Assembly (NCBI RefSeq): GCF_001462395.1 | Contig: NZ_LNTB01000001.1 | Location: 120,001 to 152,000, forward strand | Direction of reading: 5' to 3' | Length of the DNA stretch: 32,000 bases | DNA from: Pyrodictium occultum | GTDB taxonomy: Archaea > Thermoproteota > Thermoprotei_A > Sulfolobales > Pyrodictiaceae | Shown: positions 25,721 through 32,000 of the stretch, piece by piece | How the letters are laid out: each line of letters opens with the position of its first letter | Numbering within the stretch: position 1 is the stretch's first letter | Notes under the pieces: generated by a model | What the model was told of the DNA's origin: nothing | What the model saw: only the letters and a program-made list of their open reading frames with translations | The model's database searches: none | Position numbers and translations under genes: made by a program

Positions 25721-26348
25721 CCGCTTCTCCGAGCAGCCTCTCCCCAAGCCTCCTCGAGGCCGGGACGGGCTCAGCCGGGTAGATGCCGGGGACGTCCCTA
25801 GCCACCCAGGGCTGGAACCCAGGCGAGCTACGGAGGCACTCCTCCCCCAGCTCCTCTACCGGCTTGACGCCCTTGGAGTGGCCACAGGCTAGGAGGATGC
25901 TCGCTTCCACACAGTCCGCGTGGATCAACGCCTCCCTGCCGAGGGCCCTGGAGACTGTATCCCAGAAGTTGAAGAGGTAGGCGTCATGGCCGCGGCCCCG
26001 GAGCACCCTGGCAGCCAGGTAGGCGGCGTGGAAGGCGCCTCCGTGGAACACAGCGAACACGAGGCTGCGGGCGCCCTGGAGGATAGAGGAGCCAGCCTCG
26101 ACGAGGTAGCGTATGAATGTCTCGGGCGATAGGGATACGCGGAACCCCTCATGCTCCATTGCTGTCGAGTACGGTATTGGAGGGGCTACAGCCGCCCCCC
26201 GGGGGAGCCTCAGCCTCTCAGCCACGCACCTGGCTATCAGCAGGTCCGAGCCCAGCGGCAGCACCCCATGGTTCTCGATAGACGCTATCGGCTGTACCAC
26301 TAGCTCCACCCGCTCCCCGGGCCCGAGAAGCTCCAGCAGCGCTGCCAA
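25656..26348 (-). CDS. arfB: Creatininase-family amidohydrolase, probable 2-amino-5-formylamino-6-ribosylaminopyrimidin-4(3H)-one 5'-phosphate deformylase (ArfB type)
   Basis: PIASIENHGVLPLGSDLLIA, VFHGGAF and IHADCVEAS are the creatininase-fold metal-site blocks in a divergent form. Its context in the riboflavin cluster supports the call. The 3' end overlaps the convergent amidohydrolase by 65 nt. Confidence 0.6.
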   Translation of the reverse strand: MAALLELLGPGERVELVVQPIASIENHGVLPLGSDLLIARCVAERLRLPRGAAVAPPIPYSTAMEHEGFRVSLSPETFIRYLVEAGSSILQGARSLVFAVFHGGAFHAAYLAARVLRGRGHDAYLFNFWDTVSRALGREALIHADCVEASILLACGHSKGVKPVEELGEECLRSSPGFQPWVARDVPGIYPAEPVPASRRLGERLLGEAVTRLEELVESILGRRRASSPG

Positions 26349-26494
26349 GAGCCTTGCCCTGCCCCGGCCACCGGGCGTAACTAGAATTAACGATTGCCCG
26401 CCGCCAGCAGGGGCTGCGGGATGAGGACGCCGTCCCAGACAGAGCGGCCCACCCGGATGAAGATCTCACGACGATCCGACCGCTGCGACGTAGG

Positions 26495-27346
26495 GTGAGC
26501 CGGCTGCGCCGCTCCTTAATACCCCCATTACCTGTGCCCAGTAGTGAGGCTCCCGGCTCCAGCTGCACGCCCCTAAGCATCGCTCTGGGGGAGAGATGCG
26601 CTGTGGACGTCGAGGGTAGGAGCAATTCACTGCTTTCGCCCTCCGAGCTTCTCCGCTACGAGCGGCAGATACCGATATTCGGGGTCGAGGGCCAGGAGAG
26701 GTTGAAGAAGGCTAGCGTGCTGGTGGCTGGGGTAGGCGGCCTGGGCTCCTTCGAGGCCCTCTACCTGGCGGCGCTCGGTGTAGGGAAGCTAGTCCTTGTG
26801 GACGGCGATGTGGTGGACGAGTCCAACCTCAACCGTCAGGTGCTCTACACGGTGGATGACCTAGGTAGGCCAAAGGCCATAGCCGCCGCCGAGAAGCTTA
26901 GACGCTTCAACCCCAATGTCGAGATAGTAGCTGTATCCGAGCGTATAACCGAGGACAACGTGGATGGACTCGTCTCCGAGGCCGACTACGTTATAGACGG
27001 CCTCGACAACTGGGAGGCAAGGTTCATACTCGATAGGGCCGCCTACCGGAGAGGTAAGCCCTTTGTACACGCGGGGGTCTACGGGCTCCAGGGCCAGGTC
27101 ATAGTTGTTGTCCCCGGCGAGACCCCTTGCCTCCGCTGCCTCCTGCCCCCCTCCCTCAAGACTCCGGCCAAGATACCTGCAGTGGGCCCCGTGGTCGCGC
27201 TCGTCGGCTCAATAGCCGTGACCGAGCTTATGAAATTGATCACCGGTGTGGGAGAGGTCAGCAAGGGGCGCATGATAATAATAGACGCATACAACATGGA
27301 TTTAATGAGGGTTCATCTTAAGCAGCGTGCAGGCTGCAGCTGCTAG
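26495..27346 (+). CDS. ThiF/MoeB/HesA-family E1-like adenylyltransferase
   Basis: LLRYERQIPIFGVEGQERLKKASVLVAGVGGLGS, LVDGDVVDESNLNRQ, DNWEARFILDRAAYRRGKPFVHAG and PCLRC are present, plus a terminal CSC. The true start is probably GTG 26603, since the first ~36 residues are low-complexity. Confidence 0.85.
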   Translation: MSRLRRSLIPPLPVPSSEAPGSSCTPLSIALGERCAVDVEGRSNSLLSPSELLRYERQIPIFGVEGQERLKKASVLVAGVGGLGSFEALYLAALGVGKLVLVDGDVVDESNLNRQVLYTVDDLGRPKAIAAAEKLRRFNPNVEIVAVSERITEDNVDGLVSEADYVIDGLDNWEARFILDRAAYRRGKPFVHAGVYGLQGQVIVVVPGETPCLRCLLPPSLKTPAKIPAVGPVVALVGSIAVTELMKLITGVGEVSKGRMIIIDAYNMDLMRVHLKQRAGCSC

Positions 27347-27355
27347 CCCCCGCGG

Positions 27356-27385
27356 CTATTAATGGCCTAACTATTAATGGTCTAA
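27356..27385. repeat. Tandem 15-nt direct repeat, CTATTAATGGCCTAA / CTATTAATGGTCTAA
   Basis: I read it directly from the sequence. The two adjacent copies differ at one position and lie in the 87-nt gap upstream of thiI. Each copy contains the A/T core ATTAAT. Confidence 0.8.
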
Positions 27386-27433
27386 ATCTGGACAGCCTGC
27401 CTTGTCGGAGCCGGCCGCCTCCGGGACCGCGCC

Positions 27434-28600
27434 ATGGAGGATAGGGTTGTTCTCGCCAGCGTCTCAGGCGAGATAGTCCTCAAGTCCGAGAGGACTAGGC
27501 CTAGGTTCGAGCAGAGGCTCATAAGGAACATACTGGATGCCTTCTCCAGGAGCGGCGTCGGCTGTAGGAGGGTGTGGATACACGCCGCCCGCCTCTACGT
27601 CTCCGGCTGCAGCGACGGAGAGTTAGAGAAGGCTGTGGATACGCTTACCAGGGTCTTCGGGGTCCATTGGGCTACGGTGGCTCACGTGGTAGAGTATAAG
27701 GTGCTCGAGGACTTGGCTGAGCGTGTCAGGGAGATAGCCGGGGACTGGGTGCGCGGGAAGAAGTTCGCCGTCCGCGCCAGGAGGAGCGGGGCTGAGGGCT
27801 TCACAAGCCTCGAGGCTGCCAGGGTGATAGGCGCCGCCCTCTACCCGCTCTCCGCCGGCGTAGACCTGGAGAACCCCGAAGTGGAGGTCCATGTAGAGAT
27901 CCGGGGCAGGAGAGCCTACGTCTACCGGGAGACGCGGAGGGGCCCCGGAGGCCTCCCCGTGGGTGTTGAGGGGAGGGTACTCGCCCTCTTCTCCGGCGGC
28001 CTCGACTCCCCCGTGGCGGCCTGGATGGCCGCTAAGAGGGGCGCGGAGGTGGACCTGCTCCACTATGTGCTCGCCAGCCCCGCCTCGCTCGGCGACGCGC
28101 TCCGTGTGGGCTACCGGCTCGCCGGCTCCTGGCTCTACGGCTACCGGCCAAGGCTCTACGCCATCGACTTCCGCCCCGTCACCAGGGCTATAGCGGGCCT
28201 CGTCGAGCGTAGCTACGCCCAGCTCGTCCTCAGGCTAGCCATGTACGTGGCCGCGGAGAAGATGGCCCTGGAGCTGGGGTACGACGCCCTCTACACGGGG
28301 GAGAGCGTGGGCCAGGTCTCGAGCCAGACGCTGAAGAACCTCAGCGCCCTCGCCCGCGCCAGGCCCCTACGGGTCCCGCTTATCCGGCCCCTCGCCGGCC
28401 TGGACAAGGAGGAGATAGTGGATCTTACGAGGCGGATAGGGGTCTATGAGGAAGCGTCCAGGACGAGGGAGTACTGCCGCCTAGCCAGCGGCCCGGCCAC
28501 CACCCGGGGCAGCCCCAGGAAGCTCGCAGAGGAGTACGCCAAGGTTGAGAGCGTGGTGGAGCAGAGCACTAGGCAATATATTGAGATTCCCCTCGTCTAG
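27434..28600 (+). CDS. thiI: tRNA 4-thiouridine / thiamine sulfur-transfer protein ThiI (THUMP + PP-loop, no rhodanese domain)
   Basis: The N-terminal ferredoxin-like/THUMP part reads GEIVLKSERTRPRFEQRL, FAVRARRSG. The PP-loop reads LALFSGGLDSPVAAWM, followed by TGESVGQVSSQTL and RPLAGLDKEEIV. The protein ends after the PP-loop domain at 388 aa. Confidence 0.88.
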   Translation: MEDRVVLASVSGEIVLKSERTRPRFEQRLIRNILDAFSRSGVGCRRVWIHAARLYVSGCSDGELEKAVDTLTRVFGVHWATVAHVVEYKVLEDLAERVREIAGDWVRGKKFAVRARRSGAEGFTSLEAARVIGAALYPLSAGVDLENPEVEVHVEIRGRRAYVYRETRRGPGGLPVGVEGRVLALFSGGLDSPVAAWMAAKRGAEVDLLHYVLASPASLGDALRVGYRLAGSWLYGYRPRLYAIDFRPVTRAIAGLVERSYAQLVLRLAMYVAAEKMALELGYDALYTGESVGQVSSQTLKNLSALARARPLRVPLIRPLAGLDKEEIVDLTRRIGVYEEASRTREYCRLASGPATTRGSPRKLAEEYAKVESVVEQSTRQYIEIPLV

Positions 28601-29258
28601 CCCTGCGCCTGCACTCGTAGAACCTGGCCATGGGGTCCGAGAGGAGCGTCTCCGGCTCCGCGGCCAGCTCCAGCAGCTTGGCTGCAGGCCTGTAGGCCAC
28701 GCCCTCAATAATCCTCGGCGCCCCATAGTCGGAGGCGAGCACGGGCACCAGGAGCCTCGGTTCGACCCCGATTCCGGGGAGATCCTGGCAGCCCTCCTCT
28801 GCCTCCCGGCGCAGCAGCCTCGCGAGCCTCCTCGCCCAGGCCACCAGCCTCTCCGGCGGCTCTCTACCCTCCACGGGGAGGATGACGTAGACTATACCGT
28901 CCCTCCTAGAGGCTATAACCACGTGGAACGGGCCAAGCACAGCCCGTCTCACCGAGGCAATGATACTCCTCCTGGAGGCCAGTGCCTCCAGGACCCTGCG
29001 CAGCTCCCTACCCGTCTCAGCCTCCTCCCAGCCGCCACCCGTGTAGCAGACACGGCTCCCCGACACCACTACTAGCCTCCTCTCCTCAAGCTCCGTCAGC
29101 GCCTCCTCAACCTCGCTCGGGGCCAGCCTCGTCTCCGCCGCCAGCTCCGCCAGCGTAGCGCAGCCTCTCCTAGAGGCCAGCCTCCTCAGCGCACGCAGCA
29201 CCCGCCCGCGGCGCCGGAGCCCCTGCCAGCCATACCCCCTGGCCCCCGCGCAGCCCAT
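28569..29258 (-). CDS. Hypothetical protein with an N-terminal winged-helix DNA-binding domain
   Basis: The track ORF extends to 29408, but its first 50 residues are Pro/Arg/Ala low-complexity. Met at 29258 gives MGCAG...RVLRALRRLASRRGCATLAELAAETRLAPSEVEEALTELEERRLVVV (wHTH-like). I do not recognise the ~150-aa C-terminal domain. The 3' end overlaps thiI by 32 nt. Confidence 0.5.
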   Translation of the reverse strand: MGCAGARGYGWQGLRRRGRVLRALRRLASRRGCATLAELAAETRLAPSEVEEALTELEERRLVVVSGSRVCYTGGGWEEAETGRELRRVLEALASRRSIIASVRRAVLGPFHVVIASRRDGIVYVILPVEGREPPERLVAWARRLARLLRREAEEGCQDLPGIGVEPRLLVPVLASDYGAPRIIEGVAYRPAAKLLELAAEPETLLSDPMARFYECRRRARRGESQYIA

Positions 29259-29407
29259 GCTCAGCAATGGGGCCTCAAGGTCATCGCAGCGCTCTTCACG
29301 AAGGACGCGGTCATCACCGCCCCCGGAGGGCCTGCGCGCGGCTGGAGGCCTAGGCCGAGCGTGAGGAGCTGCATGGTATGGGTGTTCCGGCGCGCAGAGC
29401 CCCCTCA

Positions 29408-29557
29408 CCCCAGAGGCCCCAGAGGGCCTGCGGGGCAGTCAGGGGCCCGGCGGCACCCGAGAGGCCCGGGAGTATGATAACGTGCCCCTCTGGGTATAAA
29501 CAGCGCCGCGCGGGGCCTCTGGGGCGAGAAGACTCCGCATCAGCCAGCGCCTCTAGG
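29408..29557. repeat. Cluster of direct and inverted copies of a CC(C)AGAGG(C)CC core; potential nested stems
   Basis: The direct copies are CCCCAGAGG at 29408 and 29417 (tandem) and CCCGAGAGGCCC at 29456. The inverted copies are CCCCTCTGGG at 29485-29494, GGGGCCTCTGGGG at 29512-29524 and GCCTCTAGG at 29549-29557. Positions 29408-29420 are the exact reverse complement of 29512-29524 (13 nt). Positions 29418-29426 pair with 29486-29494 (9 nt). Confidence 0.8.
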
Positions 29558-29627
29558 CTGCTCGGTTTTCGGACTCGTCTTCACCGGCCCAAGCGTATCT
29601 CGGCCAGCTATTTCGTGCCAGATAAGG

Positions 29628-29635
29628 CTTTTTAT
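29628..29635 (+). promoter_or_regulatory. TATA-like box (CTTTTTAT) upstream of psmA
   Basis: Its A/T-rich core is centred ~47 nt before ATG 29679. The ORF-track ATG at 29634 lies inside this box and is therefore unlikely to be the start. The box is nearly symmetric and could also serve the minus strand. Confidence 0.4.
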
Positions 29636-29678
29636 GTGTAGACATGCTGCCCCAAGGGCCTGGAGGGTCGATGCAGGT

Positions 29679-30410
29679 ATGTCCTTCCCTGCGCCGCCAG
29701 CGATGATGGGATACGACCGTTCCACGTCAATGTTCTCGCCTGACGGCCGCCTCTTCCAGGTAGAATATGCTATGGAGGCTGCCAAGCGCGGCTGGACGAT
29801 GGTGGGCGTGAGGACCGCGGAGGGCGTGGTGATAGTTGCTGAGAAGAGGAAGACAAGCCCCCTCATAGATATAGGGCAGCTGGAGAAGGTGTACATGGTC
29901 GACGAGCACATAGGCGCAGGCTTCGTTGGCTTCGGGAGCGACGGGCGCGTGCTGATAGACTACGCCCGGCTGCTAGCCGTCCAGTACAAGTTCGTCTACG
30001 GTGAGCCCATACCCGTCGAGTACCTGACCCGTCAGGTGTGCGACCTGATGCAGGTCTACACCCAGCACGGCGGCGTGCGCCCCTTCGGAGTGACACTTAT
30101 GATAGCCGGCGTGGACGAGGCCGGGCCCAAGCTCTACGTAGCCGAGCCGAGCGGCCAGTACATAAGCTACAAGGCCCACGGCCTGGGCCAGGGCGGTAGC
30201 CAGGCAGTGGAGGTGCTCCAGAAGGAGTACCGCGACGATATGAGCCTGGAGGAGGCGATACTGCTCGGCATGAAGGCGGTCACAACCGTGATGGAGGGCA
30301 AGCCGTCCACCGAGACCCTGGAGGTCGGCGTAGTAGAGGCCAAGACGCGGAAATTCAGAAAACTGTCTAAAGAGGAGCTCCAGAAGTTCCTAGAAAAACT
30401 CGGTGCCTAG
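29679..30410 (+). CDS. psmA: Proteasome subunit alpha
   Basis: [38 protein letters not shown] is the canonical alpha-subunit N-terminus, preceded by a TATA-like box. The track start at 29634 would add 15 atypical residues. Confidence 0.93.
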   Translation: MSFPAPPAMMGYDRSTSMFSPDGRLFQVEYAMEAAKRGWTMVGVRTAEGVVIVAEKRKTSPLIDIGQLEKVYMVDEHIGAGFVGFGSDGRVLIDYARLLAVQYKFVYGEPIPVEYLTRQVCDLMQVYTQHGGVRPFGVTLMIAGVDEAGPKLYVAEPSGQYISYKAHGLGQGGSQAVEVLQKEYRDDMSLEEAILLGMKAVTTVMEGKPSTETLEVGVVEAKTRKFRKLSKEELQKFLEKLGA

Positions 30411-30415
30411 CCGCT

Positions 30416-31132
30416 ATGACGCGCCGGGGCAGCAAGGGCGAGCACGAACCAGTCGTCGCGAGGCTTGAAGTCGGCGGCAAGCGTTTTGAGGTCCTCGTAA
30501 ACCCTGAGCTAGCCTTCGAGTATAAGCAGGGTAGGCAGGTAAACCTTGAGGAGCTCGTTATAAGCGACGCCGTCTACACCGATCTCCGCCGCGGCCTCCG
30601 AGCCTCCCCCGATCTTCTCCGCAAGGTTTTCGGGACAGACGATGTCGTGAAGATAGCTGCGGAGATAGTTAAGCGGGGCGAGCTGCAGCTCACGGCGGAG
30701 CAGCGCAGGAGGCTCATAGAGGCTAAGCGCCGCCAGATCATAAACTACATCGCGCGCAACGCCATTGACCCGCAGACGAAGCTCCCCATACCCCCTGCTA
30801 GGATAGAAGCCGCTATGGAGCAGGCGAGGGTCGGCGTAGACCCGTTTAAGAGCGTCGAGGAGCAGGCTCAGCAGATAGTGCGCGCCATAAGCCGGATAAT
30901 CCCGATCAAGATAGCCAAGGCGCTGCTGCGCATCGTAGTGCCTCCAGAGTACTCGGGCCGTGTGGCCGGCTCTCTCTCCAAGCTTGGAGAGGTAAAACAT
31001 ATGGACTGGCGCAGTGACGGCAGCCTCGTGGCCGAGCTGGAGATCCCGGCTGGGCTGCAGCAGGAGGTTATGGACAAGCTAAACAAGCTCACCCGTGGTA
31101 ACGTTGATGTCAAGGTAGTGAGCGTGGTGTAG
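30416..31132 (+). CDS. SBDS-family ribosome maturation protein
   Basis: [26 protein letters not shown]...VFGTDD...[10 protein letters not shown] is the FYSH/SBDS N-terminal domain, and a three-domain length of 238 aa fits. It has the conserved position between psmA and rrp4. Confidence 0.88.
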   Translation: MTRRGSKGEHEPVVARLEVGGKRFEVLVNPELAFEYKQGRQVNLEELVISDAVYTDLRRGLRASPDLLRKVFGTDDVVKIAAEIVKRGELQLTAEQRRRLIEAKRRQIINYIARNAIDPQTKLPIPPARIEAAMEQARVGVDPFKSVEEQAQQIVRAISRIIPIKIAKALLRIVVPPEYSGRVAGSLSKLGEVKHMDWRSDGSLVAELEIPAGLQQEVMDKLNKLTRGNVDVKVVSVV

Positions 31133-31133
31133 C

Positions 31134-31856
31134 GTGGCGCGCATATATGTTCAACCCAAGTCGATAGTTTTGCCCGGTGACGTACTGGCTGAGGGAAATG
31201 ATGTGATAGTAGACTCCATATATATTGAGCGCGAGGGCAACACCTACTACGCCACAATAGCCGGCTTGGTGTCTGTGCAGCAGCTCGAGGACGGGAAGTA
31301 CAAGATAGGGATAATCCCGCTAGAGGGCGCCTATATACCGAGGCCCGGCGACATAGTCATAGGTCTGGTCAAGGATATTGGGCTGACCCACTGGGAGGTC
31401 GACATAGCATCCCCCTACAAGGGCATCTTGACGGTGCAGGAGGTTCTAGATAGGCCTTTTAACCCTGCCGTGGACAGCCTGGAGAGGTACCTCGATGTCG
31501 GCGACTATATAGTGGCTAAGGTTGTGGCCTTTGACCGTGCCAGGGACCCGCTCCTAACCATTAAGGGGAAGGGCTTGGGCCGCGTGGTGGAGGGCTCCAT
31601 TGTTGAGATTAAGCCCAGCAGGATTCCCCGCGTTATCGGCAGGAAGGGCTCAATGGTAAACATGCTTATGAGGGAGTCTGGCTGCGAGATAGTCGTTGGC
31701 CAGAATGGCCGTATACTTGTTAACTGCCCTAACAAGGACCTGGAGGAGATAGTTATTCTCTCTATAAAGAAGATTGAGGCGGAGGCCCATACAAGCGGGC
31801 TGACCGAGAGGGTCCGGGAGTTTATACGCAGTGAAAGAGCCCGTAGGGGTGTATAG
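31134..31856 (+). CDS. rrp4: Exosome complex RNA-binding protein Rrp4 (S1 + KH domains)
   Basis: The S1 domain reads PRPGDIVIGLVKDIGLTHWEVDI. The KH domain reads RVIGRKGSMVNMLMRESGCEIVVGQNGRILV. It has a GTG start 1 nt after the SBDS stop. Confidence 0.9.
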   Translation: MARIYVQPKSIVLPGDVLAEGNDVIVDSIYIEREGNTYYATIAGLVSVQQLEDGKYKIGIIPLEGAYIPRPGDIVIGLVKDIGLTHWEVDIASPYKGILTVQEVLDRPFNPAVDSLERYLDVGDYIVAKVVAFDRARDPLLTIKGKGLGRVVEGSIVEIKPSRIPRVIGRKGSMVNMLMRESGCEIVVGQNGRILVNCPNKDLEEIVILSIKKIEAEAHTSGLTERVREFIRSERARRGV

Positions 31857-31859
31857 GCC

Positions 31860-32000
31860 ATGGCTGGTGGTGGAGGCGAGAGACCCGTCCTCATACGCTG
31901 GGAGGAGCGGGATGGGCAGCGGGTGCCCGTCCGGCATGACGGCAGGCTGGCCGAGCAGCTGAGGTCGATAAGGATGGAGGTCGGCGTGCTAGGCAATGCT
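31860..32000 (+). CDS. rrp41: Exosome complex exonuclease Rrp41 (RNase PH family), 5' part only, runs out of the window
   Basis: My own translation from ATG 31860 gives [47 protein letters not shown]. The DGR...LR.I..E.GVL.NA block is the Rrp41 N-terminal signature. It has the conserved position after rrp4. Confidence 0.85.
   Translation, partial: MAGGGGERPVLIRWEERDGQRVPVRHDGRLAEQLRSIRMEVGVLGNA

Noticed and set aside
28569-29408. I considered whether the wHTH protein next to the riboflavin island is the archaeal riboflavin regulator/kinase RbkR (wHTH + CTP-dependent riboflavin kinase).
   Set aside because: The C-terminal ~150 residues show none of the riboflavin kinase blocks I would expect (a glycine-rich G.V.SG.G.G motif followed by a PxxGTLN-type motif). 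The gene is also separated from the rib genes by the ThiF-like gene and thiI.
29378-29641. ORF 29378..29641(+), 87 aa, in the wHTH/psmA spacer.
   Set aside because: Its composition is Arg/Pro/Ala-rich junk with no SD or promoter, and it ends inside the psmA TATA-like box. The region is better explained as non-coding repeat-rich sequence.
29259-29678. I considered whether the structured GC-rich spacer encodes SRP (7S) RNA or RNase P RNA.
   Set aside because: I found no RNase P P4/CR-I type GAGGAAAGUCC element. I also found no SRP helix-8-type CAGGCCCGGAAGGGAGCA motif with a GNAR tetraloop; only a loose GTCAGGGGCCCGG resemblance is present. The region is too short for either RNA once the flanking promoters are excluded.
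1-32000. I scanned for CRISPR arrays, cas genes, restriction-modification, toxin-antitoxin or other defence modules, transposases and rRNA.
   Set aside because: I saw no regularly spaced direct repeats and no nuclease, methylase, integrase or transposase signatures. Nearly all coding capacity is accounted for by housekeeping, cofactor and isoprenoid genes.

Overview
This window is a GC-rich (about 60% by eye), densely packed stretch of core archaeal chromosome. Gene content, ATA/AGG-rich codon use and frequent GTG/TTG starts look crenarchaeal, Desulfurococcales-like with Aeropyrum/Pyrodictium-type proteins; this placement is an inference, with no search run. Left to right: an AT-poor-to-AT-rich transition next to tRNA-Gly(UCC) and tRNA-Phe(GAA). 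Next is the S13-S4-S11-RpoD-L18e-L13-S9-RpoN-S2 block. Then comes the conserved isoprenoid cluster: MEMO-like, a gene in the mevalonate-kinase slot, isopentenyl phosphate kinase, type-2 IPP isomerase and GGPP synthase. It is followed by a small conserved hypothetical and GluRS, then L7Ae / S28e / L24e / NDK interrupted by three reverse-strand genes, then an Obg/YchF-like GTPase. The archaeal exosome superoperon follows (L15e, COG1325-like protein, RNase P Rpp30 and Pop5 ... proteasome alpha, SBDS, Rrp4, Rrp41). Here it is split by an ~8.3 kb cofactor island carrying arfC, arfA, ribB, archaeal ribC, ribH, an amidohydrolase, arfB, a ThiF/MoeB-type E1-like enzyme, ThiI and a wHTH protein. I see no CRISPR array, transposase, integrase, rRNA or recognisable defence genes. 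The most interesting points are listed here. (1) A deaminase-type amidohydrolase sits 4 nt behind ribH in an otherwise complete archaeal riboflavin cluster, making it a candidate for the unassigned pyrimidine deaminase step. (2) The gene in the mevalonate-kinase position has a GHMP-like layout, but all three kinase motifs look degenerate. (3) A ~420-nt repeat-laden, highly self-complementary spacer lies between the wHTH gene and psmA. (4) Several fusions or extensions (Cys-rich tail on ArfC, hydrophobic and coiled-coil extension on Pop5) and a probable CTG start for S13. All family calls come from motif recognition by eye on the supplied translations. No database search was possible.
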